Below are positions 10,397 to 20,472 of a stretch of DNA of 64,000 nt, piece after piece. The DNA lies in the NCBI GenBank assembly GCA_900079685.1, contig LT599018.1, positions 2,909,990-2,973,989 on the forward strand, given 5' to 3'. The stretch's first letter is position 1; every line of letters starts with the position of its first letter. Origin of the DNA: an uncultured delta proteobacterium (GTDB lineage Bacteria; Desulfobacterota; Desulfovibrionia; Desulfovibrionales; Desulfovibrionaceae). The position numbers and the translations under genes were made by a program. The notes beneath the pieces are model-generated. The model saw only the letters and a program-made list of their open reading frames with translations. It was not told the origin of the DNA and did not search any database.

Positions 10397-10861
10397 TCAG
10401 ACCGCGAAATCCGTGTTCCGCAATCCTTCGTAGTAGTTCCCGCGTTCCGCCGTGAACTGCAGGACGACAAATTCCGGGTCAAGAGGACCCTGAGGGTAAT
10501 ACAGCGTCATGAACTCCTGCCAGAGCGACCGCCGCAAATCGTTGTCCCAGGACAGTTCGACCGTCCCGGACAGCATCACGCCGCGGCAGACCACCGGGTT
10601 GGCGTCGGGCGTGTATTCATAGGCATACAGGCAGGCGCGGGCATCACGCCGCAAAACGTCCGTCCGCCGCGCCGAGGTGTTGCTGCAGAACCAAAACCGT
10701 TGCAGGCCGTCGTTGCGCGCTTTGACTATCGCCTTGATTTCCGGCGCGCCGTCCGGGCCGGCAGTTCCCAGCATCATGACGAGCGGGTTCTGTTCCACCA
10801 GCGCCAGCGCCAGTTGTTTCGCTCCGCCTTGGGCCACGGGGGAATTTTTTTGTTCAGTCAT
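10397..10861 (-). CDS. pyridoxamine 5'-phosphate oxidase-like (FMN-binding split-barrel) protein
   Basis: Start chosen at MTEQKNSP, preceded by AGGAGG. About 155 aa with family-like blocks (MMLGTAGPDGAPEIKA, GVMLSGTVE). Confidence 0.6.
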   Translation of the reverse strand: MTEQKNSPVAQGGAKQLALALVEQNPLVMMLGTAGPDGAPEIKAIVKARNDGLQRFWFCSNTSARRTDVLRRDARACLYAYEYTPDANPVVCRGVMLSGTVELSWDNDLRRSLWQEFMTLYYPQGPLDPEFVVLQFTAERGNYYEGLRNTDFAV

Positions 10862-11023
10862 GGTGAGCCTCCTGTAATGATGTGTCCGGAACGTAGCACA
10901 CAAATCGCGACAGCTGTATGCCGTTGTTCGTGGTCTGGAAAAATATTTTTTGGAACACGCGGTGCGCGCCGTTCTATATCCCGCAATGTCGCGCCGCCGA
11001 TCTGAATATGATAGGGTGATCCC

Positions 11024-11281
11024 ATGGAGGTGCATGCCATGAGTATGGAAACTCTGCGGACTTTTCTAGGCTGGGGCGCGGTTCTCAATCTTGTCTGGCT
11101 GACGATTATCTTTTGCCTTTTTGCGCTGGGGAAAGACTGGATTCATCGCTTTCACAGCCGGTGGTTCAGCATTTCCAAAGAGACCATGACGACGGTCGTG
11201 TACATGCTTCTGGGCTGGTACAAGCTGGCCACGTTCCTGCTGTTCGTCATCCCGTATGTCGTGTTGCGCTTTTTTATGTAA
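11024..11281 (+). CDS. small membrane protein, function unknown
   Basis: 85-aa ORF with two clear hydrophobic helices. No family recognised. Confidence 0.4.
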   Translation: MEVHAMSMETLRTFLGWGAVLNLVWLTIIFCLFALGKDWIHRFHSRWFSISKETMTTVVYMLLGWYKLATFLLFVIPYVVLRFFM

Positions 11282-11375
11282 CGGCCCGTACCACGCGGGA
11301 GTAAAAAAGTAGCCGGAGAACGCCGGGCTCCCCGATCTGCATGCGTACCGCATCCTGCTGGTCGAGGACGTTGCC

Positions 11376-11717
11376 GTGAACAGGGAAATCGTGCTCGCCC
11401 TGCTCGAGCCGACCGGCCTTGCCATTGCCTGCGCGGAAAATGGTGAGAAGGCGGTGGCGATGTTCCGGCAATCACCCGGCCGGTACGACATGATATTCAT
11501 GGACTTGCAGATGCCGGAAATGGACGGGTTTGAAGCCACGCGGCGCATCAGGCAGCTTGATGTGCGAGACGCCGCGACTGTTCCCATTATCGCCATGACG
11601 GCCAACGTATTCCATGAAGACGTCGAGCGGTGCCTGGCTTCGGGCATGAACGGCCATCTTGGCAAACCGCTGGAAATGGATAAAATCCTGGACGTGATGC
11701 GGCAATACCTGGGCTGA
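11376..11717 (+). CDS. response-regulator receiver domain, orphan and probably 5'-truncated
   Basis: Receiver motifs DMIFMDLQMPEMDGFEATRRIR and IIAMTANV. The in-frame upstream sequence encodes ...YRILLVEDVAVN back to a stop at 11310, with no ATG/GTG/TTG there. Confidence 0.5.
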   Translation: MNREIVLALLEPTGLAIACAENGEKAVAMFRQSPGRYDMIFMDLQMPEMDGFEATRRIRQLDVRDAATVPIIAMTANVFHEDVERCLASGMNGHLGKPLEMDKILDVMRQYLG

Positions 11718-11793
11718 GGCCACGGGCCCGGCGCTCCGGGCGGTTTTCGTTTTGACGTCCCCTTGCGCGGTACGGAAAATAATGGAGCACGCT

Positions 11794-12978
11794 ATGGACA
11801 GCAACAGACTGACGCAAAAAATACACGCGTTCATCGATGCGGAATCGGAATCCATGTTCGGCCTTCTGCGGGAACTCGTCAACCGTGACAGCGGAAGCCG
11901 CGACATCGCGGACGTGAATGCGCTGGGTGATTTTCTGGCCGGCCGTCTGGAGGCCATGGGGTGCGGCGTGACGAAATACCCGCATCCGGACGCCGGGTTC
12001 CCGCTCGCGGCGGCCTGGCTTCCGGACGGCACCCCCCCGGACGCGCGCCGGGTTCTCCTTGTGGGGCACAGGGACACGGTCTTCCCGTCCGGCACGGCCG
12101 CCGCGCGGCCGTATGCCGAGGATGGGGTCAAGGCCTACGGTCCGGGCGTGTCGGACATGAAAGGAGGCATTGTCGCGGGTATCTATGCGATGAAAGCCCT
12201 GATGGCCCTTCGCGGGGAAACAGGGCCGCTGCCCATGGAACTGTTGCTGACCTCGGATGAGGAAATCGGCTCCGCGGCCTCGGCCCCGGTGATAGAAGAG
12301 CGGTGCCGGACCGCCAAAGCGGTTTTTTTCCTGGAACCGGCCAGGGCGAACGGGGCCCTGGTGATCGGAAGGGACGGAGGGGCTCTTCTCCGGCTTGAGG
12401 TTCACGGCAAATCGGCCCATGCGGGCAACAATTTCGCCGAAGGGGTCTCCGCCATCAACGGCCTTGCCGGCATTATCAGCGATTTCGCGCCGCTGTCGGA
12501 TGACGCCAAGGGCTACAGCGTCAACGTCGGTGTCATCGGCGGCGGCAGCGGGGCCATTATCGTGGCCGACCACGCCTGGGGCCAGGTGTACACCCGCTTT
12601 GCGACACTTGAGCAGAGAAAACAACTCCTGGACGGGATGCGGGCCGTGGTGGCCCGGCATAACCGGGGCGGCCTCAAGGCGGAACTGCATGGGCCGGTGG
12701 GGTTTTTGCCGTTCCTGCCCAACGAGGCCAACACGGCCCTTTTTTCCCTGGTCAAAGACGCCGGAAACGCATTCGGGCTGGCGCTTGAAGGCGTGGTCAC
12801 GCGGGGCGCCGCGGACGCGGGCGTCGCTTCCACGGCGGGTGTGCCGACCCTCTGCGGCATGGGTCCCGTTGGGGGCGAGCTGCACACGGACAGGGAGTTC
12901 ATGGTGCTGCGGTCGCTCCCCGAAAGGGCCAAAGTGCTCGCGCTATCCATCGCTCTGGCTTCGGAACGGTTCCGTTAA
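11794..12978 (+). CDS. M20-family metallopeptidase (carboxypeptidase G2-like)
   Basis: LLVGHRDTVFP and GPGVSDMKGG motifs; about 395 aa. An alternative ATG lies at 11782. Confidence 0.8.
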   Translation: MDSNRLTQKIHAFIDAESESMFGLLRELVNRDSGSRDIADVNALGDFLAGRLEAMGCGVTKYPHPDAGFPLAAAWLPDGTPPDARRVLLVGHRDTVFPSGTAAARPYAEDGVKAYGPGVSDMKGGIVAGIYAMKALMALRGETGPLPMELLLTSDEEIGSAASAPVIEERCRTAKAVFFLEPARANGALVIGRDGGALLRLEVHGKSAHAGNNFAEGVSAINGLAGIISDFAPLSDDAKGYSVNVGVIGGGSGAIIVADHAWGQVYTRFATLEQRKQLLDGMRAVVARHNRGGLKAELHGPVGFLPFLPNEANTALFSLVKDAGNAFGLALEGVVTRGAADAGVASTAGVPTLCGMGPVGGELHTDREFMVLRSLPERAKVLALSIALASERFR

Positions 12979-13424
12979 CGTCTCTTCCAGAGAGTCTTTC
13001 AGCCCGCTGTTGCCGCGTCCCGGCGACAGCGGGCCTCCTTCCCGCCGAAAAACCGGTCCAAGGGAAACGGCGGCAATGCGCGCATTGCGCGTTCATCCCA
13101 CTCCACCCGCGGAATAGAGTACGCATTTCGCCTGTGGCGGAAGCGGTTTTCATGCGTTATCTCTTTGTCGCTTGCAATCGCGCCTATGCACGGCGCGGCA
13201 ATCCGGGCCGGGTGGCGTTCATGGTGTTCCGGCATGGTGAAAAAACACTGCATGATCGAACGCGGAAAATTTTATGCGGAAATTTTCGTGGGAAAATCAT
13301 CTTACCCTTTGCTAAATATATATATATTTTTGTATAACATGATGTATGCAATGTTGTATGGCACACATACCCACGCGCAAAAATGTTGCGCGCATACAGT
13401 CGGAATGCCACCTCGGGGATTGCC

Positions 13425-15992
13425 ATGACAGAAGAATCGGTCATCCAAGACGCGCAGTTGTTTCTTGCCGGCACGATGGAAAATTTTTCCTGGGTCTGGT
13501 GGCCGCAAACGCACGCCATACTGTGGGCTCCCGGCCTGCGCGAGATATTCAGGGTTTCTGAAAGGGAAGCCGCGTTTACGCACGACAGCGAATTTTTTTC
13601 CAGGGTGCACGAGGACGACCTGCCCGGTTTTATGGTCAGGCTGCAACAGGTACTCGACGGCCACTGCAAAAGCAACGAGGATATCATCCGCGTGCGCCGG
13701 GGAGACAACAGCTGGGCCTGGGTGCTGTCCCGCTATTTCATTGTGAGGGAAAAAAGTGGCGAAACGTTCAAGATAACCGGCTACCTGATCGACTTGTCGC
13801 ACTTGCGCCTGCATTCCCGTTTTTTTCTCGCCATGGAGCGGCAGAACCTTGCCGGCTACCACGCCATGCTGGAGAATTCCCCCGATCTGGTCAGCCGGCT
13901 GAACAAGAACCTTTCCTTCATCTACGTCAACCCGACGCTGAACCGCTACATGACTTCCAGAGTGGACTCGCCGGACCATGAGGAGGCCTTTGCCGCCCCG
14001 CTCGGCGAGGAGCACCTCGCGTTCGTGCGCGCCAATGCCGCCGAGGTCTTTGCCGGCGGCGCGGTGCGAAGCGCGCCGTATGCCTTTGCCAGCGAATTGC
14101 GGGGAGACGTGAGCGGCGAGTATACCTTTTGGCCGGAGTTGGACCCGGACGGCACGGTGCATTCGGTCATAGCGCAATTCAGGGACAACACCGAGCATCT
14201 GCGCCTGGAGCAGCAGGCCCGCCTGAACGCGCGGCGTCTTGCGGCGCTGTATGAGCTGGGCCAGATGGCCGACCGGCCGGAAGAAGAAATCATGGGCCTG
14301 TTGACCGAATATATCACCGAACTCACCGGCGGCGGCTGCGGCTATATATTTTTCATACAGGACGCGGAGGAAGAAACCGGTCGTGTATTTTGGTCCAAAG
14401 CGCATTATGATTTTCTGGATCCCGCTGATATGCCCGCCACCTACCTGCCGGAAGGGTGCCTGGGCACGGGCAGGGACCAAAGCGGCAGGTTCCATGCGCG
14501 GTTTATCGTCAACGGTGACGGCGAGCACCCGATGCACACCGTTTTTGACGGTAAATACAAGGTGATGCGCCACATGCACGTTACGGTCTTTGACGGCGAG
14601 AAACCGGTATGCATCGCCGCCGTCAGCAACAAACCCACGCCCTATGAGGAGTCGGACCTGATCCAGCTGTCCCTGTTCATCGACAGCGCCGTGAACATTA
14701 TGAACCGGCACGAGTACTTCCGCTACCTCAAAGAGGCAAAGGAAACGGCGGAGCGGTTGAACAGGGCCAAAGACGAGTTCCTGGCCAATATAAGCCATGA
14801 ATTGCGCACGCCGCTGAACGGCATCCTGAGCATGCTGCAATTGCTCGAGTTGTCTTCCCTGCCGCCGGAGCAGCTGGAGCACGCGCGCGCGGCCACGTCG
14901 TCCGGCAAGGCCCTGTTGCGCATTATCGGCGATATTCTCGATCTGTCCGTCATGGAATCCGGCAAGATGACCATGCATACGGTACCATACAGTCTGCGCG
15001 ACGTTCTGCATTCCACCATAAATCTGTTCGCCGGCGAACTGGCCCAAAAAGGGCTGCGTCTTGATCTGGAAATAGCGCCTGATGTCCCCGAGCTGATGCG
15101 GGGAGACGACGCCAGGATGCGGCAGATCGTGTTTAACGTTATGGGAAACGCCATAAAATTCACGGAAAAAGGCGCGGTAAGCATCTACTGCGGTCTTGTC
15201 GGTTCCAGGCCGGACAGGCGCCGCGTCTATCTTGCCATTGCCGATACCGGCATAGGCATACCGGACGACCAGCACTCGCTGATATTTGACGCCTTTACCC
15301 AGGTAGACAGTTCTTCGTCGCGTAAATACGCCGGTACCGGCCTGGGGTTGAATATCGTCAGGCGCCTCATGGCGGCCATGGGCGGCAGCCTGACCCTGGA
15401 AAGCGAACTGGGGCGGGGCACGACCGTCCACCTTTCCCTGCCCGTCACGCCGGTGGCGCGGGAAAATGCCGGAAAAGAACGGGCGTTGCCTGCAGCCTCG
15501 CCGCATCGCTCTCTGGATGTGTTGGTGGCGGAGGATGACGCCGTCAGCCGCAGAGCCCTCAAGCTGCTTTTGCAGCGTTCGGGACACCGCGTGCTGTGTG
15601 TTTCCGACGGGAGGCAGGCTTTGGAATCGTTGCTATTGCACGACTTTCACTGCGTTTTTACGGATGTGCAGATGCCGGGCATGGACGGCCTGGAATTGGT
15701 CAGGCGCATACGGGCAAACCAGATGGAGGACATTACGCCGTCCGGCGCGGTCCTGGACATGGTCCGGGAACTCTGGCCGGAGGCCGCGCCCGCGCCGAAG
15801 GAGCGGGCTAACCGGGTACGGGACGCCATCATCACGGCGGTCAGCGCCCACGCCATGGCCGGGGATAAAGAGCGTTTTTTGAGCGAGGGCATGGATTTTT
15901 ATATCTCAAAGCCCGTTGACCTGCGCGAACTTGACGCCGTGCTCGCCTGCATCGTCAGGAAGCTTGCCGAGGCGGAGAGTGTCCCGGCTTGA
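13425..15992 (+). CDS. hybrid sensor histidine kinase (PAS/GAF - HisKA - HATPase - receiver)
   Basis: H-box FLANISHELRTPLNGI, G-boxes DTGIGIP and GTGLGLNIV, C-terminal receiver VLVAEDDAVSRRAL...DVQMPGMDG. Confidence 0.9.
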   Translation: MTEESVIQDAQLFLAGTMENFSWVWWPQTHAILWAPGLREIFRVSEREAAFTHDSEFFSRVHEDDLPGFMVRLQQVLDGHCKSNEDIIRVRRGDNSWAWVLSRYFIVREKSGETFKITGYLIDLSHLRLHSRFFLAMERQNLAGYHAMLENSPDLVSRLNKNLSFIYVNPTLNRYMTSRVDSPDHEEAFAAPLGEEHLAFVRANAAEVFAGGAVRSAPYAFASELRGDVSGEYTFWPELDPDGTVHSVIAQFRDNTEHLRLEQQARLNARRLAALYELGQMADRPEEEIMGLLTEYITELTGGGCGYIFFIQDAEEETGRVFWSKAHYDFLDPADMPATYLPEGCLGTGRDQSGRFHARFIVNGDGEHPMHTVFDGKYKVMRHMHVTVFDGEKPVCIAAVSNKPTPYEESDLIQLSLFIDSAVNIMNRHEYFRYLKEAKETAERLNRAKDEFLANISHELRTPLNGILSMLQLLELSSLPPEQLEHARAATSSGKALLRIIGDILDLSVMESGKMTMHTVPYSLRDVLHSTINLFAGELAQKGLRLDLEIAPDVPELMRGDDARMRQIVFNVMGNAIKFTEKGAVSIYCGLVGSRPDRRRVYLAIADTGIGIPDDQHSLIFDAFTQVDSSSSRKYAGTGLGLNIVRRLMAAMGGSLTLESELGRGTTVHLSLPVTPVARENAGKERALPAASPHRSLDVLVAEDDAVSRRALKLLLQRSGHRVLCVSDGRQALESLLLHDFHCVFTDVQMPGMDGLELVRRIRANQMEDITPSGAVLDMVRELWPEAAPAPKERANRVRDAIITAVSAHAMAGDKERFLSEGMDFYISKPVDLRELDAVLACIVRKLAEAESVPA

Positions 15993-16154
15993 ACCCCTTT
16001 GCCAATCTGAAATGGCGTGACGCCCGGGAAAAGAATGCGCTTTCTCGTATGTGCGGAATAGCGTGCTCCCCCGGTATTTCCGGCCGCGTTTCTGTTATGG
16101 TGTTAGCCGGCGTGCGCCCCTGGCATTCATGGGGATTTTGATCTGAATCGGAGC

Positions 16155-16208
16155 AGGCAAAAAACTGCGCGCCGGGCGGGAGCTTGCTACGGAGGCTCCC
16201 GCCCGGCG
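16155..16208 (-). terminator. intrinsic terminator after the CoA-transferase gene
   Basis: Perfect 14-bp stem (16170-16183 / 16195-16208). On the minus strand it is followed by GCAGTTTTTTGCC. Confidence 0.8.
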
Positions 16209-16240
16209 TCATTCAAAACAATCGCCATATCCGCCGTGTG

Positions 16241-17452
16241 TCAGATGATCCCTTTGGCCCGAAGAGCGGCGCACTCTTCTTCCGACAATCCGAGCATGTT
16301 GCGGAAAATGGCCGTATTGCTTTTCCCCATTGGCTGGCCGGCATGAGAGATTCTCCCGGGCGTGCGGGAAAATTTGCCCATGACATTCGGCATGCGCAGG
16401 GTGGCGCCCAGTTCGTGGTCTTCCACGGCGGCAAAGGATTCGCGGTAAATATAGTGCGGGTCCTCATAGACTTGTTTTGTGGTGTACATCGGCCCTATGA
16501 CAGCGCCGACTTCGCCAAAAACGTGCTGCACCTCGTCCATGTCCCTTTCCTTGATCCAGCTTCCGATAAGCGAATCCAGTTCCTTGACGTTTCGCAGCCG
16601 GGCGGCGTTGTCGCAAAACCGCTCGTCGTTGATGAGTTCAGGTCTGCCGATGGCCTGGAATACCCTGGCGGCGATGGGTTGCGCGGAGCCTGAGAGGGCC
16701 ATCCATGTGCCGTCTTTGCACTGGTAAGCATTCCGGGGGGCAAAGGATTCGCTGGAGTTGCCCGAGGGTTTCGCCACCACCCCCAACTGGTCATACGCCA
16801 TGAGCTCGGCGTCCAGCAGGCGCATCAACGGTTCATACAACGCCATGTCGATGTATTGCCCCCGGTTGCCCGGGTTTTGGGAACGCTCGTGGACGGCGAT
16901 CATGACCGAAAGGGCGCTGAAAACTCCGCACACCCCGTCAGCCAGCGCGATGCCGGGTAATGTGGGCTGATCCTTGGCCCCGTTGACCGAGGCAAACCCG
17001 CTCATGGCTTCGGCTACCGTGCCGAATCCGGGCCGGGAAGAATACGGGCCTGTCTGGCCGAATGCGGAAACACGCAGCATGATAAGGGATGGGTTTATCT
17101 CGGAAAGAGCGTCCCACCCGATTCCCCAGCGCTCCATGGTGCCGGGACGGTAATTTTCGATAACCACATCAGCCTTGGCCGCCAGTTTTTTAAATATTGC
17201 CTGGCCCTCCGGCTTGCCGAGGTTAAGGGTTATGGCTTCCTTGTTTCTGGCCAGCGTTTTCCAGAACAGCGAAACGCCGTTTTTTTGTCTGCCGTATGCC
17301 CTAACGGTATCACCCTTTTCCGGGTGTTCAATTTTGATGACTCTGGCGCCGTAATCGCCCAGGAAGGCCGCGGCCCATGGCGCGGCGAGCATGGTCGCGG
17401 CGTCGATAACGGTAAGCCCGCTCAATGGCAGGGCGTTTTCGCGCTTTTGCAT
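16241..17452 (-). CDS. family III CoA-transferase (CaiB/BaiF type)
   Basis: N-terminus LSGLTVIDAATMLAAPWAAAFLGDYGARVIKIEHP is typical of the family. Start at MQKREN, preceded by GGAG. Confidence 0.85.
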   Translation of the reverse strand: MQKRENALPLSGLTVIDAATMLAAPWAAAFLGDYGARVIKIEHPEKGDTVRAYGRQKNGVSLFWKTLARNKEAITLNLGKPEGQAIFKKLAAKADVVIENYRPGTMERWGIGWDALSEINPSLIMLRVSAFGQTGPYSSRPGFGTVAEAMSGFASVNGAKDQPTLPGIALADGVCGVFSALSVMIAVHERSQNPGNRGQYIDMALYEPLMRLLDAELMAYDQLGVVAKPSGNSSESFAPRNAYQCKDGTWMALSGSAQPIAARVFQAIGRPELINDERFCDNAARLRNVKELDSLIGSWIKERDMDEVQHVFGEVGAVIGPMYTTKQVYEDPHYIYRESFAAVEDHELGATLRMPNVMGKFSRTPGRISHAGQPMGKSNTAIFRNMLGLSEEECAALRAKGII

Positions 17453-18706
17453 GGCTGCTCCACAATATAACAGGCACAATGTTTGCGGTATGGAACGTGC
17501 GGTACGCTGTCGGGTGGAATTTCCCGGAAGAAATCCCACCCGGCGCGATACTAAAAGTTGGTGCTCCAGATTTCCTCATCCGAGGGAATTTTTTTATTTT
17601 CCTGGAAAAAGGCTATCCGGGAAATGTTGATTAGATGGTAGTAAGTGAGGTTCTCGGAAATGGAGTTGTTCCCCCAGGAGCCGCAGCCGAGCGTGTTGGT
17701 CGGGCTCAGGCCGTTCTGGAAGCTGCCGCCCCCGCTGGCCGCGCACTGCTGGTTGACAACGATTCGGGACACTTCCGTCTTGACGCCGGCATATTCAATC
17801 CGTTCCTGATTGTTGGAGTGAACCGCTATACTGTGCCCTTTGCCGATTTTGTTCAGGTTGTTGCGGGCGATTTCCACGGCCTCTTCCCAGGTGTCGTACG
17901 GGTAGACCGCCAACAGGGGAAACATTTTTTCCTCGCCGAGGATATCGTCCGGGCCCTCGGCTTCAACCGCCAGAATCATGGTGTTCGCGGGCACCGTAAT
18001 GCCGGCGGCCGCCGCGACTTCCCCGGCGTTTTTCCCGACCAGGTCCCGGTTCATTTTACCCTGCGGGAACGCAATTGAGCGAAGGGCGGCTCGTTTCGAG
18101 GCCGGCACCACATAGGCGTTGTTTTCCGCAAATAACTTCATGAGGATATCCCAGTCCTTTCGGGGCAAGGCCGCGCTCTGTTCACTGGTACAGACGATGC
18201 CGTTATCAAAGGCTCTGCCGGTAACAATTTTCGGTATGACCGCGGCGTAATCCACACCGCTGTCAACCAGCGCCTGCACGTTTCCCGCGCCCACGCCCAA
18301 GGCGGGTTTCCCGCTCGCATACACGGAGCGCACCATGTCCATGCCGCCCGTGGCGATGATAACGTCCACGGAACTGGCGAGCATTTTTGTCAGTTCGAGA
18401 TGCGGAATCTCCAGCATTTGGATGCAGTTTTTGGGCGCATGCAGTTTTTCCAGGGCCGCGTTCAGGTAGGCGACGGTTTTTTTGCCGCATTCCAGAGCCT
18501 TGGGGTGCACCGCGAAAATGATGGGGTTTCTTCCCTTGAGGGCGAACATGGCGTTGGACATTACCGTCACGATCGGGTTGGTCATCGGCGTGATGGCGCC
18601 CACAACACCCAGAGGCTTGGCTACCTTGATGATTCCTTCTTCCTCGTTGCGTTCGATAATGCCGACAGATTTCTTGCCACGCAGAGACCACCAGATTATT
18701 CTGGCT

Positions 18707-19969
18707 CAATGCTGTCCGGCTAAGGTGCGTTAAATATGTTCAAAATCTCCGAGGTTTATGCTACAAAACAGTTGCATAACCCATTGCAGCCCAAGGAGAT
18801 TTTGAACATGAGCCATCATAATACACTCTTTTCTCAAATGCTATCATTGATTCCCAGACATGTTTTTCAGAAACTGGAAGCCCGGCATAAAACAGGTCGT
18901 TCTTCTCGACAATTCGGCTTTAAGGAACAGTTTACGGTCATGGCTTTTATCCAGCTTGCAGCAAGGCGCTCCATGCGTGACGGATTGCGCTGTTTGGCCG
19001 CCTGCGGCAAGAGGCTGTATCATTTTGGCCTTTTTCCCGTTGCACGTTCCACTTTCTCCGATGCCAACAACTCCCGGCCTGTGGGCTTTTTCAAAGATCT
19101 ATTTGCCGACATGTACAGCCTGTGTGTTCCCAAGGCCTCCAAACACAAATTTCATTTCAAATGCAAACTTTACAGCATGGACGCCACCACCATCAGCCTG
19201 TGTTTGTCGCTGTTTCCCTGGGCCACGTTCCGCCAAAACAAGGGCGGCGTCAAAATGAACACAGTGCTTGACCACGATGGTCATATCCCGGCATTTGTCA
19301 CCGTTGATGTGGCCAAAACGCACGAAAGCCGTATGGCGAAAAGTCTTTCTCTGCCCAAAGGCTCCATCGTGACCTTCGACAAAGGCTATGTCAGTTACCC
19401 CTGGTTTCAGACCCTGCTCGAAAATGGCATCTTTTTCGTCACCCGCCTGAAGGACAACGCTGTTTACAAACTGCTGGAGCGCCGCCCGGTGAACCGCACA
19501 AGCGGGGTTACTTCCGACCACATTATCGAAGTGAAGCACAGCCGGGGAAAAGTCTTGCGCCTGCGTCGCATCGGCTACCGGGACGCCGAAACAGGCAAGC
19601 GTTACGAATTTCTGACAAATCACTTTCGCCTGTCCGCCCGCACCATCGCCGATATTTACAAAGAACGCTGGAAAATCGAACTCTTTTTTCGCGAAATCAA
19701 ACAGAATCTACGCATCAAAAGCTTTGTCGGGAACACGGAAAATGCTGTATTGATTCAGATTTATACCGCGCTGACCGTCTACCTGCTCCTGGCCTACCAG
19801 AAATTCCTGAGTAAAACAGGGCTGTCCGTGCAGCAACTTTTCCAAATCGCCTCACTGAACATCCTCGGAACAGACTCGCTGGAAGAACTCCTGAAGCCCC
19901 GACGACGAAAAAATGAAAACCTCTATAACCTCAGTCTGTTATCCTTGGCAGCTTAACCGGACAGCATTG
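18707..19969 (+). mobile_element. IS4-like insertion sequence, copy 1 (1263 bp)
   Basis: Terminal inverted repeats CAATGCTGTCCGGCTAAG / CTTAACCGGACAGCATTG. Perfect 9-bp target duplication ATTCTGGCT at 18698-18706 and 19970-19978. Confidence 0.9.
18808..19956 (+). CDS. IS4-family DDE transposase
   Basis: 382 aa, MSHHNTLFSQMLSLIPRHVFQKLE..., preceded by AAGGAG. A paralogue lies at 31914..33059. Confidence 0.85.
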   Translation: MSHHNTLFSQMLSLIPRHVFQKLEARHKTGRSSRQFGFKEQFTVMAFIQLAARRSMRDGLRCLAACGKRLYHFGLFPVARSTFSDANNSRPVGFFKDLFADMYSLCVPKASKHKFHFKCKLYSMDATTISLCLSLFPWATFRQNKGGVKMNTVLDHDGHIPAFVTVDVAKTHESRMAKSLSLPKGSIVTFDKGYVSYPWFQTLLENGIFFVTRLKDNAVYKLLERRPVNRTSGVTSDHIIEVKHSRGKVLRLRRIGYRDAETGKRYEFLTNHFRLSARTIADIYKERWKIELFFREIKQNLRIKSFVGNTENAVLIQIYTALTVYLLLAYQKFLSKTGLSVQQLFQIASLNILGTDSLEELLKPRRRKNENLYNLSLLSLAA

Positions 19970-20472
19970 ATTCTGGCTTTGTTTTTATTTTTAAGAGTCT
20001 TATATTCAACCGTGCCGAGCTTTGTTTCCGCTACCGCGTCTCTGGCGAACTCCTCGGCATTGTCGAAAATAGTCTTGGCGCAAGCGTGGGCGAGTGCGTC
20101 AACCTGCCTCTGGGTGTACGAATCCAATTCGGCAAGAGCCACTCTGGCCTTGGCGATCTTGTCATCGATATAGGCTTTGAATGCAGCGGTCTGATCCGCT
20201 TTTTCCTCGAGATTCATTTCCTTTTTCTGGCTCATGTCTCTTCTCGCTTTTACCGTCAGGTAAGGTTTTGCAGCACCAGCCGGGTCCGGAGGGCGGAGGC
20301 CGTCCGCCGCCTTCCGGCGCGGCATTGTCCACAATGGACAATCGCTTTTGTTCGTTTGTATTGCTGGCGGCGATTCAGGAAAAACGCCGGCGTATCATGC
20401 CGCGGCTACACGTTTCAGACGTAATTCGTCCCGGAGCGTACAATGGGCGCATTTCGCGCTCCGGATAGGAGG

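Larger units (their letters stand above)
17551..20235 (-). pseudogene. CoA-acylating aldehyde dehydrogenase (SucD/EutE-like) split by an IS
   Basis: The N-terminal piece (20235..19970) ends ...TLKNKNKARI. The C-terminal piece (18706..17551) continues IWWSLRGKK... and carries the catalytic block FDNGIVCTSEQS. Removing the IS and one copy of the 9-bp duplication restores a single frame. Confidence 0.85.

Noticed and set aside
13302-15587. 761-aa minus-strand ORF
   Set aside because: Antisense shadow of the hybrid histidine kinase, with no domain signatures.
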